Of a DNA stretch of 64,000 bases, positions 27,903 through 38,518 are shown piece by piece; within the stretch, counting starts at the first letter, position 1; the number at the start of each line of letters is the position of its first letter. The stretch spans positions 79,575 to 143,574 of the forward strand of contig CAVUSI010000002.1 of assembly GCA_963744115.1 (NCBI GenBank), given 5' to 3'. The notes under the pieces were generated by a model. It worked only from the letters and a program-made list of their open reading frames with translations. It did no database searches and was not told the origin of the DNA. The position numbers were made by a program, and so were the translations under genes. Source of the DNA: an uncultured Chloroflexia bacterium. Lineage in GTDB: Bacteria; Chloroflexota; Limnocylindria; Limnocylindrales; CSP1-4.

Positions 27903-29191
27903 GGTTCGGGCGTCCAGCGGTAGCGGACGTCGGGTTGCCGCTCCTCGTTGCCGCTCCCGTCGCCGAACGCGATGGCGACGAACCCGTGGCGCTCGTAGAA
28001 GCGGCGCGCCCCAGCGTTGACCTCGAACGTATACAGGTCGAGACCGCGGGGGCGGCGCGTCTTGGCCAGCGTTACGAGGAGGCTGCCGATGCCGTGGCCG
28101 GTCGATCCAGGGCTGATGTACAGCTGGTCGAGCATGTCGTCGGTCAACGACATGAACCCGACGACGTCGGCCTCGTCCCGCTCCGCGATCCAGGTCTCGG
28201 TCTCGTTCAGGAGGTGGCGGCCGATCCACTCCCGGATCTGCTCCTCCGTGTGCGCCGCCGGGAAGGCGTACGTCGCATCGAAGGCGGCGATCCAGACATC
28301 CGCGATCGCGCTCGCGTCCACGGCCGTGGCGCGTCGCAGGACGATCCCGCCGGAACGGCCGCTCGGGCCGCCGCCGAGCTGCGAAGCGGACTCCCGATCC
28401 AGGATCCATGTCGCGCCCGAGCGGCGTGCCAGGACCCCGGGGAGGACGGAGGGATCACGCGGGCCCTCGAGGATCCGGGCGATCACGCCGGCCTTGCCCG
28501 CCCCGGTCGCGGTGGCCAGCACAGTCCCGGCGGCGTCGAGGATCGCCGGGTTGAGGGTCACCCGCTCGACATGGGGCTCGATGTGGCTCGGCGCGGGGAT
28601 CGCCAGCCCGATCCGGTCGCTGGCCAGGGACGGGCTCCCCGGGAAGACCGACAGGAGGTGCCCATCGGCGCCGATCCCCACGAGGACCAGGTCGAACGAC
28701 GGCCAGCCCTCCACGGACGGAAGCGTCGCGACGACCTCGGCCGCGTAGGTCGCCGCGCACCAGATGGCACCCAGCCCATCATCCATGGCGCGGTCGGTCG
28801 GGAACGGATGGACGTTCGCTGGCAGGATCGGGATGGCCTCGGGCGCGAGCAGGCGCTCGTCCGCGAGCCGGACGTTCGAGAGAGGGTCCGCTCGCGGGAC
28901 GTACCGGTCGTCGCCCCACCACAGGTGGACCCGCGACCAGGCGACCCGGTCCCGGAGCGATGGGACGACGAGATGGCGGTAGATCGCCTCGGGCGTCGAT
29001 CCGCCGGTCAGCGCGACGTCCGCGCGACCGCGTCCGGCCACCGCCGCCGTCAGTGCCTCGACGACGTGCCGGGCCGCCGCCGCACCGACGGCGTCCGCGT
29101 CCGCGACGATGAGGATCGTGGGTTCGCCCTCGCGCTCCTCGTCCCGGTCGGCGACCGGTCGTCCGCCCCGCGGTCCGAGGGCGTCGATCAA
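27899..29191 (-). CDS. pgl: 6-phosphogluconolactonase fused in frame to a C-terminal GNAT N-acetyltransferase domain
   Basis: TTG start overlapping the opcA stop (TTGA). Pgl region (ILIVADADAV...LTGGSTPEAIY...VLVGIGADGHLLSVFPGS...ATWILD) ends about 28440. The frame continues with no stop or start codon into a GNAT domain (RRATAVDASAIADVW...QLYISPGSTGHGIGSLL...RFYERHGF) ending 27899. Confidence 0.65.
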   Translation of the reverse strand: MIDALGPRGGRPVADRDEEREGEPTILIVADADAVGAAAARHVVEALTAAVAGRGRADVALTGGSTPEAIYRHLVVPSLRDRVAWSRVHLWWGDDRYVPRADPLSNVRLADERLLAPEAIPILPANVHPFPTDRAMDDGLGAIWCAATYAAEVVATLPSVEGWPSFDLVLVGIGADGHLLSVFPGSPSLASDRIGLAIPAPSHIEPHVERVTLNPAILDAAGTVLATATGAGKAGVIARILEGPRDPSVLPGVLARRSGATWILDRESASQLGGGPSGRSGGIVLRRATAVDASAIADVWIAAFDATYAFPAAHTEEQIREWIGRHLLNETETWIAERDEADVVGFMSLTDDMLDQLYISPGSTGHGIGSLLVTLAKTRRPRGLDLYTFEVNAGARRFYERHGFVAIAFGDGSGNEERQPDVRYRWTPEP

Positions 29192-30513
29192 GCCTCGCCC
29201 TCGGTGGGTCGCGCGGCCACGATCCGGGCCGCCATCCGGATCGCTCCATCGGACACGACGTCGCGCCTCGGCGCCTCGATGGCCTCGGCGAGGAGATCGA
29301 CCTCGGTCCGCCTCGCGGCGAGGAATCGACGATCGAGCAGCTCCACGCCGTCCTGCCAGGCGTGGACCGCCACGGTCTCGGCCTCGGCCGTCACGTCGAT
29401 CCGCAGCTCGGATCCACGTCGCTCGGCCAGGAGCTCCACGCGCAGCGTCGTCCCGGACGGCATGCCGGTGATGACCGGCCGCATGACCACGCCGACCTCG
29501 CCTTGGCCGAGACGCATCGTGGCCGTGTAGCCGCGCCCCGCCAACGGCTTCACGCCCGCGTGCTTGCCTGCCGCGTGGGCCGCGTGGGCCGCGTGGGCCG
29601 CGTGGGCCGCGTGGGCCGCATGCGTGGCATGAAGATGGCTTGCAGCCGCGGCGGGCGCGCCCAGGGCGGACAGTGGCTTCACGACGGTCATTCCCAGGCG
29701 CGACGCGATCCAGGCGACGTGATAGAGGGGCTTGATCATGTTGGTCGTGCCCGGACGCCCGAGCTCGTCGTGGGTGCCATAGGTGACCGCGATCCGGCGG
29801 ATCGAGCGCAGGTACGGCAGCAGGTCCGGCATGTCGAAGGTCGAGGCGATCGCCTCGCGCCAACGCGACTGTCTGGCGAGCGCGAAGTCGAACACCGCCA
29901 GCTGCCGGGTGTCGACCAGGCGGGCGAGCTCCGCGAGCCGTCCGAGTCCGTCGCCGGTCCAGCTCGAGCCGTCGATGACCAGGCGGTTCGCGTTCTCGAA
30001 CAGGTCGCGTGCCTGGACCGAGCCGAGCGGCGGCTCCCCGGGCCACCAGACCGTGACCGGCAGGTCGTGGACCAGGAGGGGCTCGACGATCGCGGCGATG
30101 TGCCGCCCGGTGTCGCCGCCGGCGATCACGTAGATCGTCTCGGCGCACGTCTCCGCCGCATCGGACCGCGGCAGCATGCAGTGAGCGGTGATCCGGGCGT
30201 CCAGCCAACCGGGTCCGTCCGGGTCGGTCGGCGAACAGATCAGCGTGCGCGAGGGGTGGCGCCCCGTGAGCTGCGAGATGATCGCCGCGCAATGCTCGCC
30301 GATCTCGGGCTGGCGGGCGACCACGACGAGGTTCATCACGCTCGTTCGCGCCGCGATGTGCCGCTCCTCGACGCCGTCGACGTCGGTCGTGAGGTCGGTC
30401 ACGGCCCAGATCTTGGCCAGCTCCCGCTCGATCCCGTCGATCGTCGTCGCGCGCGACGTCCAGCGCATCGTCGGTTCGCCTGGCCGGGGCTCGGCGGTCA
30501 GATCCGTCGCCAT
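29188..30513 (-). CDS. opcA: glucose-6-phosphate dehydrogenase assembly protein OpcA
   Basis: ATG at 30513 overlapping the zwf stop. OpcA N-terminal pattern (TTIDGIERELAKIW...SVMNLVVV). Contains an internal (HAA)6 repeat. Confidence 0.75.
   Translation of the reverse strand: MATDLTAEPRPGEPTMRWTSRATTIDGIERELAKIWAVTDLTTDVDGVEERHIAARTSVMNLVVVARQPEIGEHCAAIISQLTGRHPSRTLICSPTDPDGPGWLDARITAHCMLPRSDAAETCAETIYVIAGGDTGRHIAAIVEPLLVHDLPVTVWWPGEPPLGSVQARDLFENANRLVIDGSSWTGDGLGRLAELARLVDTRQLAVFDFALARQSRWREAIASTFDMPDLLPYLRSIRRIAVTYGTHDELGRPGTTNMIKPLYHVAWIASRLGMTVVKPLSALGAPAAAASHLHATHAAHAAHAAHAAHAAHAAGKHAGVKPLAGRGYTATMRLGQGEVGVVMRPVITGMPSGTTLRVELLAERRGSELRIDVTAEAETVAVHAWQDGVELLDRRFLAARRTEVDLLAEAIEAPRRDVVSDGAIRMAARIVAARPTEGEA
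29572..29616 (-). repeat. five perfect tandem copies of the 9-bp unit CGCGTGGGC inside opcA, encoding (His-Ala-Ala)n
   Basis: Seen directly. Translated on the minus strand as HATHAAHAAHAAHAAHAAHAAGKH within OpcA. Unit length is a multiple of 3, so copy-number change keeps the frame. Confidence 0.8.
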
Positions 30514-32171
30514 CGCCGTCCGTCCCGGGCGAGCAGCTCGTCCGCGGCCTCGGGCCCCCACGACCCGGCCTCGTAGTCCGGGAACGCAGGCGCGGGCATG
30601 TCGATCCAGGCGTCGATGATCGGGGTGACGATGCTCCAGGCCTCCTCGACCTCGTCGGCCCGGGTGAACAGCGAGGCGTCACCCAGGAGTGCGTCGAGGA
30701 TCAACGTCTCGTACGCGTCGGGCGAGTCGACGTTGAACGCGGAGCCGTAGGTGAAGTCCATGTTGACCGCCCGGACGTCGAGCCCGAGGCCCGGGACCTT
30801 CGCCCCGAACCGGAGCAGGATGCCCTCGTCGGGCTGGATCCGGAGCGCCAGCAGGTTCGGCTCCGGGTCCTCCGAGCTGTCCTTGAACAGTCGGTGGGGG
30901 ACGGGCCGGAACTGGATCGCGATCTCGCTCGATCGCTTCGGCAGGCGTTTGCCCGTCCGGACGTAGAACGGGACCCCGGCCCAGCGCCAATCGTCGATCT
31001 CGAACCGGGCCGCGACGAACGTCTCGGTCTCGGACGCCGGATCGACCTCGGGCTCGGCACGGTAGCCCGGGACCTGCTGGGCGGCGACCCAGCCCGGGCC
31101 GTACTGGCCGCGGACGATATCGGACCCGATCTCGTCGGGCGTCATCGGCGAGAGGGCCCGGAGGACCTTCACCTTCTCGTCGCGCAGCGCATCGGCCTCG
31201 AAGGTCGCCGGCGGCTCCATCGCCACCAGGGCAAGCAGCTGCATCAGGTGGTTCTGGAGGACGTCGCGGCTGGCGCCGGTCTCCTCATAGAACGCCCCGC
31301 GGTTCTCGACGCCGAGCGATTCGGCCACGGTGATCTGGACGTGGTCGACATAGCGTCGATTCCAGAGCGGCTCGAAGATCCCGTTGCCGAACCGGAAGAC
31401 GAGCAGGTTGCGGACCGTCTCCTTGCCCAGGTAGTGGTCGATCCGGTAGACCTGTTTCTCGCGGAAGACCTTGAGGACCTCGCGGTTGAGCCGGATGGCC
31501 GAATCGAGGTCGCGACCGAACGGCTTCTCGATGACGATCCGCCGCCAGCCGCCGCCGTGCGTCTCGTGGTCCAGCCCGACGCGTCCGAGCTGGGCGATGA
31601 CCTCGGTGAAGGCCGACGACTGGGTGGCGAGGTAGAACAACCGGTTCCCGCGGGTCCCGCGCTCCTCGTCGATGGCATCGAGACGGACCGACAGCCGGTC
31701 GAATGCCTCGGGGTCGGCGAAGTCGCCCTGGTGGTAGGTGACCCGGGACAGGAACTCGGCCTTCGGGCCGCTCTCCACGGGGACCCGCGAGTAGCTCTCG
31801 AGGGTCTTCCCGATCTCGGCCTGGAAGGTGAGGTCGTCGTACGCCCTGCGGCCGACCGCGACGAGCATGAACTCGTGCGGCAGGAGGTTCGTCCGCCACA
31901 GCTGGTAGAGGGCCGGGACCACCTTGCGGTGGGCGAGGTCGCCCGTGGCCCCGAACAGGACGAGGCTGGCGGGATCCGGCACGCGCTCGAGTCGAAGGCC
32001 CTCGCGGAGCGGGTTGTCGAGCTTGGGCGGCGCGATCTTGCGCTTGCCGTCCCGGGCGAGGCGCAGGTCACGGATCGTCCGTGGGAGGTCCTTGGCAGGG
32101 CGACCGGCCGGAGGGCTCGCCGGCGCCCCGTCCGCCGAGGCCGGGTCCACGGGAGCCGTCGGGCGTGCCAC
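30498..32171 (-). CDS. zwf: glucose-6-phosphate 1-dehydrogenase
   Basis: 557 aa with a roughly 50-aa N-terminal extension. NPLR motif, NAD(P) site LVLFGATGDLAHRKV, catalytic RIDHYLGKE. The true start may be internal. Confidence 0.85.
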   Translation of the reverse strand: MARPTAPVDPASADGAPASPPAGRPAKDLPRTIRDLRLARDGKRKIAPPKLDNPLREGLRLERVPDPASLVLFGATGDLAHRKVVPALYQLWRTNLLPHEFMLVAVGRRAYDDLTFQAEIGKTLESYSRVPVESGPKAEFLSRVTYHQGDFADPEAFDRLSVRLDAIDEERGTRGNRLFYLATQSSAFTEVIAQLGRVGLDHETHGGGWRRIVIEKPFGRDLDSAIRLNREVLKVFREKQVYRIDHYLGKETVRNLLVFRFGNGIFEPLWNRRYVDHVQITVAESLGVENRGAFYEETGASRDVLQNHLMQLLALVAMEPPATFEADALRDEKVKVLRALSPMTPDEIGSDIVRGQYGPGWVAAQQVPGYRAEPEVDPASETETFVAARFEIDDWRWAGVPFYVRTGKRLPKRSSEIAIQFRPVPHRLFKDSSEDPEPNLLALRIQPDEGILLRFGAKVPGLGLDVRAVNMDFTYGSAFNVDSPDAYETLILDALLGDASLFTRADEVEEAWSIVTPIIDAWIDMPAPAFPDYEAGSWGPEAADELLARDGRRWRRI

Positions 32172-32183
32172 GTCGTCGGTCGT

Positions 32184-33083
32184 CTATTCGCTCTTGACGG
32201 CGTGGCCGCCGAACTCGTTGCGCAGCGCCGCCAGCACCTTGGCGCCGTACGAGTCCTCCTGGCGCGACCGGAAGCGGGTCAGCAGCGACAGGGTGATCAC
32301 CGGCGCAGGCACGTCGTGGTCGATCGCCTCCTGGACGGTCCACCGTCCCTCGCCCGAATCGGCGACCCAGCCCTTGAGGTGGTCGAGCTCCTGGCCGTTC
32401 GCGCTGAACGCTCGCTCGGCCAGCTCGAGCAGCCACGACCGGACGACCGAGCCGTGGTTCCACAACTTGGAGATCGCCGCCAGGTCGAGCGTGTAGTCGC
32501 TCGCGTGCATGATCTCGAATCCTTCGGCGTAGGCCTGCATCAGCCCGTACTCGATGCCGTTGTGGACCATCTTGACGTAGTGCCCCGATCCGGGGCCGCC
32601 GACATGGAGGTAGCCGTCGACGGGCGCCAGTGACCGGAAGATCGGTTCGAGCGGTCCGACCGCCTCGGCCTCGCCACCGACCATCAGGCAGAAGCCGTTG
32701 GCGAGGCCCCAGATCCCGCCGCTCGTCCCGGCGTCGATATAGCGGAGACCCTTCTCGGCGAGCTTCGCGTGGCGGCGGACGTCGTCGTGGAAGTTGGTGT
32801 TCCCACCGTCGATGATCGTGTCGCCCGGCGCGAGGAGCTCGGACAGCTCGTCGATCTGCGCCTCGGTGGCGTCCCCTGCGGGGACCATCACCCAGACCGC
32901 TCGCGGCGCTTCCAGCTTGGCCACCAGCTCCTCCAGGCTGAAGGCCGGGACGGCGCCCTCGGTCGCGATCTCCCGCGTCTTCTCGGCCGTCCGGTTGTAG
33001 GCGACGACCTCGTGCCCGTCGCGCAATAGGCGACGGACCATGTTGCCGCCCATCCGCCCGAGCCCGATGAATCCGATCCGCAT
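32184..33083 (-). CDS. gnd: 6-phosphogluconate dehydrogenase, decarboxylating (short about 300-aa form)
   Basis: MRIGFIGLGRMGGNM Rossmann motif, GTSGGIWGL, HNGIEYG. 299 aa. Confidence 0.8.
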   Translation of the reverse strand: MRIGFIGLGRMGGNMVRRLLRDGHEVVAYNRTAEKTREIATEGAVPAFSLEELVAKLEAPRAVWVMVPAGDATEAQIDELSELLAPGDTIIDGGNTNFHDDVRRHAKLAEKGLRYIDAGTSGGIWGLANGFCLMVGGEAEAVGPLEPIFRSLAPVDGYLHVGGPGSGHYVKMVHNGIEYGLMQAYAEGFEIMHASDYTLDLAAISKLWNHGSVVRSWLLELAERAFSANGQELDHLKGWVADSGEGRWTVQEAIDHDVPAPVITLSLLTRFRSRQEDSYGAKVLAALRNEFGGHAVKSE

Positions 33084-33088
33084 GATGT

Positions 33089-34810
33089 CTATGCCTCCTC
33101 GACGGCCGCGGAGAGCGCTCGCTCGAGCGCGGCCAGGCCGGCGTCGGGGTCCGGGCCGAGGTGGATCCGCACGACCGGGAGGTCGTGCGCCCGGAGCACG
33201 CTCAGGTCGCCGGCCGCCTGTGCGTCGATGAGCTGGCCGAAGGTGTACGGCTTGCCGGGGATCGGGCGATCGACAGGATGGTCCGCGGTCAGCTGGAGGA
33301 ACCAGCCGATCGGCGCGCCGCCCTTGTGGAGCTGGCCCGTCGAGTGGAGGAAGCGCGGGCCATAGCCGGTGGTCGTCGCCCGACCCGTCCGGTCGCGGAG
33401 GACGGCCCGGATCCGGGCGAGCGCGGCGTCGCGATCGGGCCTCGGTGCGACGTAGGCCTGGAGGGCGGCGTACCCGGTCGGCTTGAGCGACGCGAGCTGG
33501 AGCCGCAGCGCCGCAGCAAGGTTCGGGTCATCGGCCCGGAGCGGCGCCGGGCCGGCCACGCCGGGTTCGATCCCGTGCCCGTGCTCGATCGCCTCGAGGA
33601 CCGCCCGCGTCCCGGACTTCGCCTCCTCGACGTTCGGTTGGTCGAACGGGTCGATCCCGAGGACGATCCCGGCGATCGCCGTGGCCACCTCCCAGCGGAC
33701 GAACTCGCCCGCGATGTCGATCGGGTCATCGATCGCGATCCGGACGACCGGGTGGCCGGCCGTCTCGAGGGCCGCCATGAGGGCGTCGGCCGAGGTGCCG
33801 TCCGAGGCCGGTGCCGGGCCCGCGGAGTCGGTGAGGGTGAGGCGGACGAAGATCCGATCCGGGCCGTACGCCGCGGCCGGGCCGAGCGGCTCGAGATCCA
33901 CCGGGACGATCCCGACGCCGTGCTTGCCGGTGCTCTCGGCGATCAATTGCTCCGCCCAGGACCCGAAGCCGGCGATCTCCGGATCGGCGACGAAGGTGAG
34001 CTTGTCGCGGCCGGCGACGGCGTAGGCGCCCAGGACCAGTCCGAGGTGGACCCCGGGATTCGCGAGCGGATCCTTGGCGTGGCAGCGGTCGAGCATCAGC
34101 CGGGCGCTGCCGAGGAGCGGGTCCAGGTCGACCCCGATGAGGCTGGCCGGCACCAGACCGACATACGTCAGCGCCGAGTAGCGCCCGCCGACGTCGGGCG
34201 GATTGATGAAGACCTCGCGCAGCTCGTCGTGGTGCGGGATGGCCTCGAGGCTCGGGTTCGGGTCGGTGATCGCCACCATGAAGTCGCCGGGGGTCTCCTG
34301 GTGGGCGTGGCGCGCGTCGAGCGCGGCTCGGATCCGGGCCCACGCCTCCGCCTGGAAGGCGAGCGGCTCGGCGGTCGTGCCGGACTTCGACGCGACGATG
34401 AACAGCGTCTCGAGCGGGTAGAGGCCGTCAACGGTGGCCGCCACCGCCGCCGGATCGGTCGAGTCGAGGACACGCAGCTCGACCCAGTCACCGCCGTCGC
34501 CGAAGGTCTTCTTGAGGACCTCGGGAGCGAGGCTGCTGCCACCCATCCCGGCCACGATCGCCGTTCGGAAGCCGGTCTCGCGGATCGCCTCGCCGAAGGC
34601 TTCGAGCGTCCCGATCTGCTCCTCGAAGTGGTTCGGGGCGTCCAGCCAGCCCAGTCGCTGGGCGATCGTCTCCTGGATCTCCGGATCGGACGACCACAGG
34701 CTCGGATCGCGCGCCATGAGCCGCTCCGCCCATCGTTCGCTCCGCGCCCGCTCGACGAGCGTCGCGGGGACCACGGGCTGGTCCGCGGCTGCGTCGGTGG
34801 TCTCGGTCAC
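33089..34810 (-). CDS. pgi: glucose-6-phosphate isomerase
   Basis: GTG at 34810 overlapping the rpiB stop. SIS-domain motifs ([25 protein letters not shown]). About 573 aa. Confidence 0.8.
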   Translation of the reverse strand: MTETTDAAADQPVVPATLVERARSERWAERLMARDPSLWSSDPEIQETIAQRLGWLDAPNHFEEQIGTLEAFGEAIRETGFRTAIVAGMGGSSLAPEVLKKTFGDGGDWVELRVLDSTDPAAVAATVDGLYPLETLFIVASKSGTTAEPLAFQAEAWARIRAALDARHAHQETPGDFMVAITDPNPSLEAIPHHDELREVFINPPDVGGRYSALTYVGLVPASLIGVDLDPLLGSARLMLDRCHAKDPLANPGVHLGLVLGAYAVAGRDKLTFVADPEIAGFGSWAEQLIAESTGKHGVGIVPVDLEPLGPAAAYGPDRIFVRLTLTDSAGPAPASDGTSADALMAALETAGHPVVRIAIDDPIDIAGEFVRWEVATAIAGIVLGIDPFDQPNVEEAKSGTRAVLEAIEHGHGIEPGVAGPAPLRADDPNLAAALRLQLASLKPTGYAALQAYVAPRPDRDAALARIRAVLRDRTGRATTTGYGPRFLHSTGQLHKGGAPIGWFLQLTADHPVDRPIPGKPYTFGQLIDAQAAGDLSVLRAHDLPVVRIHLGPDPDAGLAALERALSAAVEEA

Positions 34811-35295
34811 GGTCGTACCTCCTGCCCCGACGGCGTGGCGGCTTCGGCCGCCTCGATCGCGAGGACCTTGTCCAGTCGTCGACGGTGGCGGGGCGCTCCG
34901 GTGAACGATGCCCCAAGGAACGCCCGCACGCACTCGAGCGCCGGCTCCGGGCCGATCACCCGCGCGCCGAGCGTCAGGACGTTCATATCGTCGTGCTCGA
35001 CTCCCTGGTGAGCCGAATACGTATCGTGGCAGACCGCCGCACGGACGCCTCGGATCTTGTTGGCGGCCACGGATGCCCCCACTCCCGAGCCGCAGATCAG
35101 GACGCCCCGATCGACGGCTCCGTCGCGGACCGCCCGCCCGACCCGCTCGGCGTAGTCCGGGTAATCGTCGTCGGGGTCCGAGCCGTCGCCGCCGAGGTCG
35201 ATCAGCTCGCCGGGCAGGTCGGCCGCGCGAAGACGCGCGAGGAGCGCGTCCTTGAGCTCGGCTCCGGCATGATCGGCGGCGAACCCGACGCGCAT
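34807..35295 (-). CDS. rpiB: ribose-5-phosphate isomerase B
   Basis: ATG at 35295. [11 protein letters not shown]...[15 protein letters not shown]. 162 aa. Confidence 0.85.
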   Translation of the reverse strand: MRVGFAADHAGAELKDALLARLRAADLPGELIDLGGDGSDPDDDYPDYAERVGRAVRDGAVDRGVLICGSGVGASVAANKIRGVRAAVCHDTYSAHQGVEHDDMNVLTLGARVIGPEPALECVRAFLGASFTGAPRHRRRLDKVLAIEAAEAATPSGQEVRP

Positions 35296-35315
35296 CGGAG
35301 GCTCCGGCCCGGCGG

Positions 35316-37433
35316 TCAGCGTGCCGGCTCGGCGTCGGCGCCGTGACCCATGGCCGGTCCAGCCAGCCGCAGGCCGACCGGCTGGTGGCCGTGGTCGACG
35401 GTCGGGATCCGGCCGCGCAACCCGTCCCTGACGACGCGTCGCCCCACCTCGGCGACGCGATCCGGCGTGAAACCGAAGTGATCGAAGATCGTCGCTGCCG
35501 GGGCGCTCGCCCCGAAGTGGTCGATCCCGATCAGCGCTCCTTCGTCGCCGGCGTAGCGCTCCCAGCCGAGGGTGACGCCGGACTCGATGGTCAATCGTCG
35601 CCGCGCGGCCGTCGGCAGGACCTCGTGGCGGTAGGCGGCGGGTTGCAGCTCGAACAGCTCCCAGCAGGGGAGTGACACCACCCTGGTCCTGATCCCCTCG
35701 GCCGTGAGCGACTCCGCCGCCGCCGCGGCGAGCGGCAGCTCTGAGCCGGTCGCGATGACGATGAGGTCGATGGCTTCCGGCCCGCCGCTCGACTCCCGCA
35801 CGATGTAACCGCCGCGGGCGACGCCCTCCCGGGCTCGGTCGGCCGTCTCCGGCAGCGTCGTGAGCTTCTGGCGGGTGAGCGCCAGCGCGACCGGTCCGTC
35901 CGACCGTCCGACGGCGACCGCCCATGCCGCGGACGTCTCATTGGCGTCCCCGGGCCGGATCAGCCACAGGTTCGGGATCGCCCGGAGGGCGGCGTAGTGC
36001 TCGACCGGCTGGTGGGTGGGGCCGTCCTCGCCCAGCCCGACCGAGTCATGCGTCCAGACGTAGATGACGTGCAGTCCAGACAAGGCGGCCAGCCGGACCG
36101 ACCCGCGCATGTAGTCGCTGAAGGTCAGGAACGTCGCCACGTACGGGAGGAACCCGCCGTGGTAGGCGATCCCGTTGGCGATCCCGCCCATGGCATGCTC
36201 GCGGACCCCGAAGCGCAGGTTCCGGCCCGGCTCGTCGGCCTCGAAGTTGGCGGCACCCTTGACGTCGGTCAGGTTCGATTCGGACAGGTCGGCGGCACCG
36301 CCGAACAACTCGGGGATCGTCTCGGACAGGACCTGGATGGCCGCCTGGCTCGCCTGGCGGGTCGCCAGGTCCTCGCCGACGGCATAGGTCTTCAACCCGG
36401 CGGTCGCGCCCGGCCGAAGGTCCCCGTCAAGGCGGCGGCCGAGCTCGGCGGCCTCGGTCGGGTAGGCCTTCCGATAGCTCGTCATCCGCGCGTTCCACGC
36501 CTCGGCCAGGTGCTCGCCGCGCGGGATCGCGCGCGAGAACATCGCGGCGGCCTCGTCGGGGACGAAGAAGGTCCGGTCGGGATCCCAGCCGTAGGCCTCC
36601 TTGGTGAGCCGGACCTCGTCCTTGCCGAGCGGCGCCCCGTGCGCCTTCTGGCTGTCCTGCTTGTTCGGCGAGCCGAAGCCGATGTGCGTCCGGACGGCGA
36701 TCAGGCTTGGCCGCGGGTCGGCCTCGGCGGCGGTGATCGCGGCGGAGATCGCCTCGAGGTCGTTGCCGTCGTCGACCCGCTGCGTGTGCCAGCCGTAGGC
36801 GTCGAACCGCGCGGGGACGTCCTCGCTGAACGCCATCGCCGTCGGGCCGTCCAGCTGGATGTGGTTGTCGTCGTAGAGCATCGTCAGCTTGCCCAGGCGC
36901 AGATGGCCGGCCAGCGACGCCGCCTCGGCGGCGATCCCTTCCTGGAGGTCGCCGTCCGAGCAGATCGCGAACGTGCGATGGTCGACGACCTCGTGGTCGG
37001 GTCGGTTGAACTCGGCGGCGAGACGGCGCTCCGCGATCGCCATCCCGACCGCGTTCGCGACGCCCTGGCCGAGTGGTCCGGTCGTCGCCTCGAGACCCGG
37101 CGTGAGCCCGTACTCGGGGTGCCCGGGCGTCCGTGAGCCCCACTGACGGAACCGCTGGAGCTCGCTCATCGGCAGCTCGTAGCCCGTCAGGTGGAGCAGC
37201 GCGTAGACCAGCATCGATGCGTGGCCGGCGCTCAACACGAAGCGGTCGCGGTCCGGCCAGTCGGGCCGCGTCGGAGCGTGGCGGAGGTGACGCGTCCACA
37301 GCACATAGGCCATCGGGGCCATGCCCATCGGGGCGCCCGGGTGACCGGACTCGGCCTGCTGCACACCGTCGATCGCCAGGGTCCGGATCGTATCGATGGC
37401 GAGCCGGTCGAGCCGGTCGTCGGTGGCGGTCAT
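35316..37433 (-). CDS. tkt: transketolase
   Basis: 705 aa. ThDP-binding motifs ([19 protein letters not shown]). Heads the minus-strand pentose-phosphate operon. Confidence 0.9.
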   Translation of the reverse strand: MTATDDRLDRLAIDTIRTLAIDGVQQAESGHPGAPMGMAPMAYVLWTRHLRHAPTRPDWPDRDRFVLSAGHASMLVYALLHLTGYELPMSELQRFRQWGSRTPGHPEYGLTPGLEATTGPLGQGVANAVGMAIAERRLAAEFNRPDHEVVDHRTFAICSDGDLQEGIAAEAASLAGHLRLGKLTMLYDDNHIQLDGPTAMAFSEDVPARFDAYGWHTQRVDDGNDLEAISAAITAAEADPRPSLIAVRTHIGFGSPNKQDSQKAHGAPLGKDEVRLTKEAYGWDPDRTFFVPDEAAAMFSRAIPRGEHLAEAWNARMTSYRKAYPTEAAELGRRLDGDLRPGATAGLKTYAVGEDLATRQASQAAIQVLSETIPELFGGAADLSESNLTDVKGAANFEADEPGRNLRFGVREHAMGGIANGIAYHGGFLPYVATFLTFSDYMRGSVRLAALSGLHVIYVWTHDSVGLGEDGPTHQPVEHYAALRAIPNLWLIRPGDANETSAAWAVAVGRSDGPVALALTRQKLTTLPETADRAREGVARGGYIVRESSGGPEAIDLIVIATGSELPLAAAAAESLTAEGIRTRVVSLPCWELFELQPAAYRHEVLPTAARRRLTIESGVTLGWERYAGDEGALIGIDHFGASAPAATIFDHFGFTPDRVAEVGRRVVRDGLRGRIPTVDHGHQPVGLRLAGPAMGHGADAEPAR

Positions 37434-37561
37434 CGGTCTGGCGGGCTCCCTGCGTCGTGGGCGCGATCCGGGGATGCCATTGTATGCCGGGGTCCGGACG
37501 CGAGCGCGGAGCGTGGAGCGTGGAGCCGGGCGACGGACCGCTTGGTCGCTATCCTCGAGTC

Positions 37562-38512
37562 GTGCCGACGCTCCGCCGTAGCCGTCCTGCTCCGACCCGG
37601 GTCATCGTCCTGGGAGACCTCATGCTCGATGTGGTTCTCGCGCCGACGCAGCCGCTTCGTCTCGGAACGGATGTCCCGGGCCGGGTGACGATCCACCAGG
37701 GTGGCTCGGCGGCGAACACGGCCCGCTGGCTTGCCTGGCTCGGCACTCGGACGCAGCTCATCTGCGCGGTCGGGCGGGACGCGCCCGGTCGTGCGCTCGT
37801 CGCGGCGGTCCGGTCCGACGGCGTGACCGTGCGGGCGATCCATCCGGGCACCGCGCGGACCGGGCGGATCGGCGTGGTCGTGACGGCTGCCGGCGAGCGG
37901 TCCTTCGTCGCGGATCGGGCCGCCGCGGATCGGCTCGCCCCGAGCGACATCCGGCCGGGCTGGTTCGGGTCGGTGGATCTCCTCCACCTACCCGTGTACT
38001 CGCTCCTCGGCGAGCCGCTCGGGCAGGCCGGGCGCGCCGCTGTCGCGCTGGCTCGTGCCGCCGGGGCGCTGATCAGCCTGGACCTCGCATCGGTCGGCCC
38101 GCTCCTGGCCGATGGGCAGGCCGCCGCCCGGAGCCGGATCGGCGAGGTCGCCCCGGACCTGCTGCTGGCGACCGCGACCGAGCTCCGGGCGATCACGGGC
38201 ACCGGGGCGCAGGCCGATGAGCGCGCGCTCGCGCTGGCCCCGCTCGTGGTCGTCAAGCGCGGCGCCGACGGCGTGAGCGTCCTGGCCCGCGGCGGTTCGC
38301 CCGTGCGGTTCGACGTGGCCACCCGGCCGATCGCGGCGATCGACACCACCGGCGCGGGCGATGCGTTCGATGCCGGGTTCATCGCCGAGTGGCTGGCCTC
38401 CCGCGCGGTCGGGCGGTCGCCGTCCGTCGGCCTTCGTCGAGCCGCGGTCGCCGGCAACCGGATCGCCACGCGTCAGATCTCGGTCCCGCGCCGCGAGCTC
38501 CGGCTCGTCTGA
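37562..38512 (+). CDS. psuK: PfkB-family carbohydrate kinase, probable pseudouridine kinase
   Basis: GTG at 37562. PfkB motifs (GGSAANTA and C-terminal [13 protein letters not shown]). Immediately upstream of psuG. Confidence 0.65.
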   Translation: MPTLRRSRPAPTRVIVLGDLMLDVVLAPTQPLRLGTDVPGRVTIHQGGSAANTARWLAWLGTRTQLICAVGRDAPGRALVAAVRSDGVTVRAIHPGTARTGRIGVVVTAAGERSFVADRAAADRLAPSDIRPGWFGSVDLLHLPVYSLLGEPLGQAGRAAVALARAAGALISLDLASVGPLLADGQAAARSRIGEVAPDLLLATATELRAITGTGAQADERALALAPLVVVKRGADGVSVLARGGSPVRFDVATRPIAAIDTTGAGDAFDAGFIAEWLASRAVGRSPSVGLRRAAVAGNRIATRQISVPRRELRLV

Positions 38513-38518
38513 GATCGC

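Noticed and set aside
27899-30682. 927-aa minus-strand ORF suggesting one giant protein from upstream of opcA through pgl-GNAT
   Set aside because: Upstream of the TTG at 29191 the frame is antisense or out-of-frame low-complexity sequence overlapping opcA (in another frame). Only 27899..29191 is supported.
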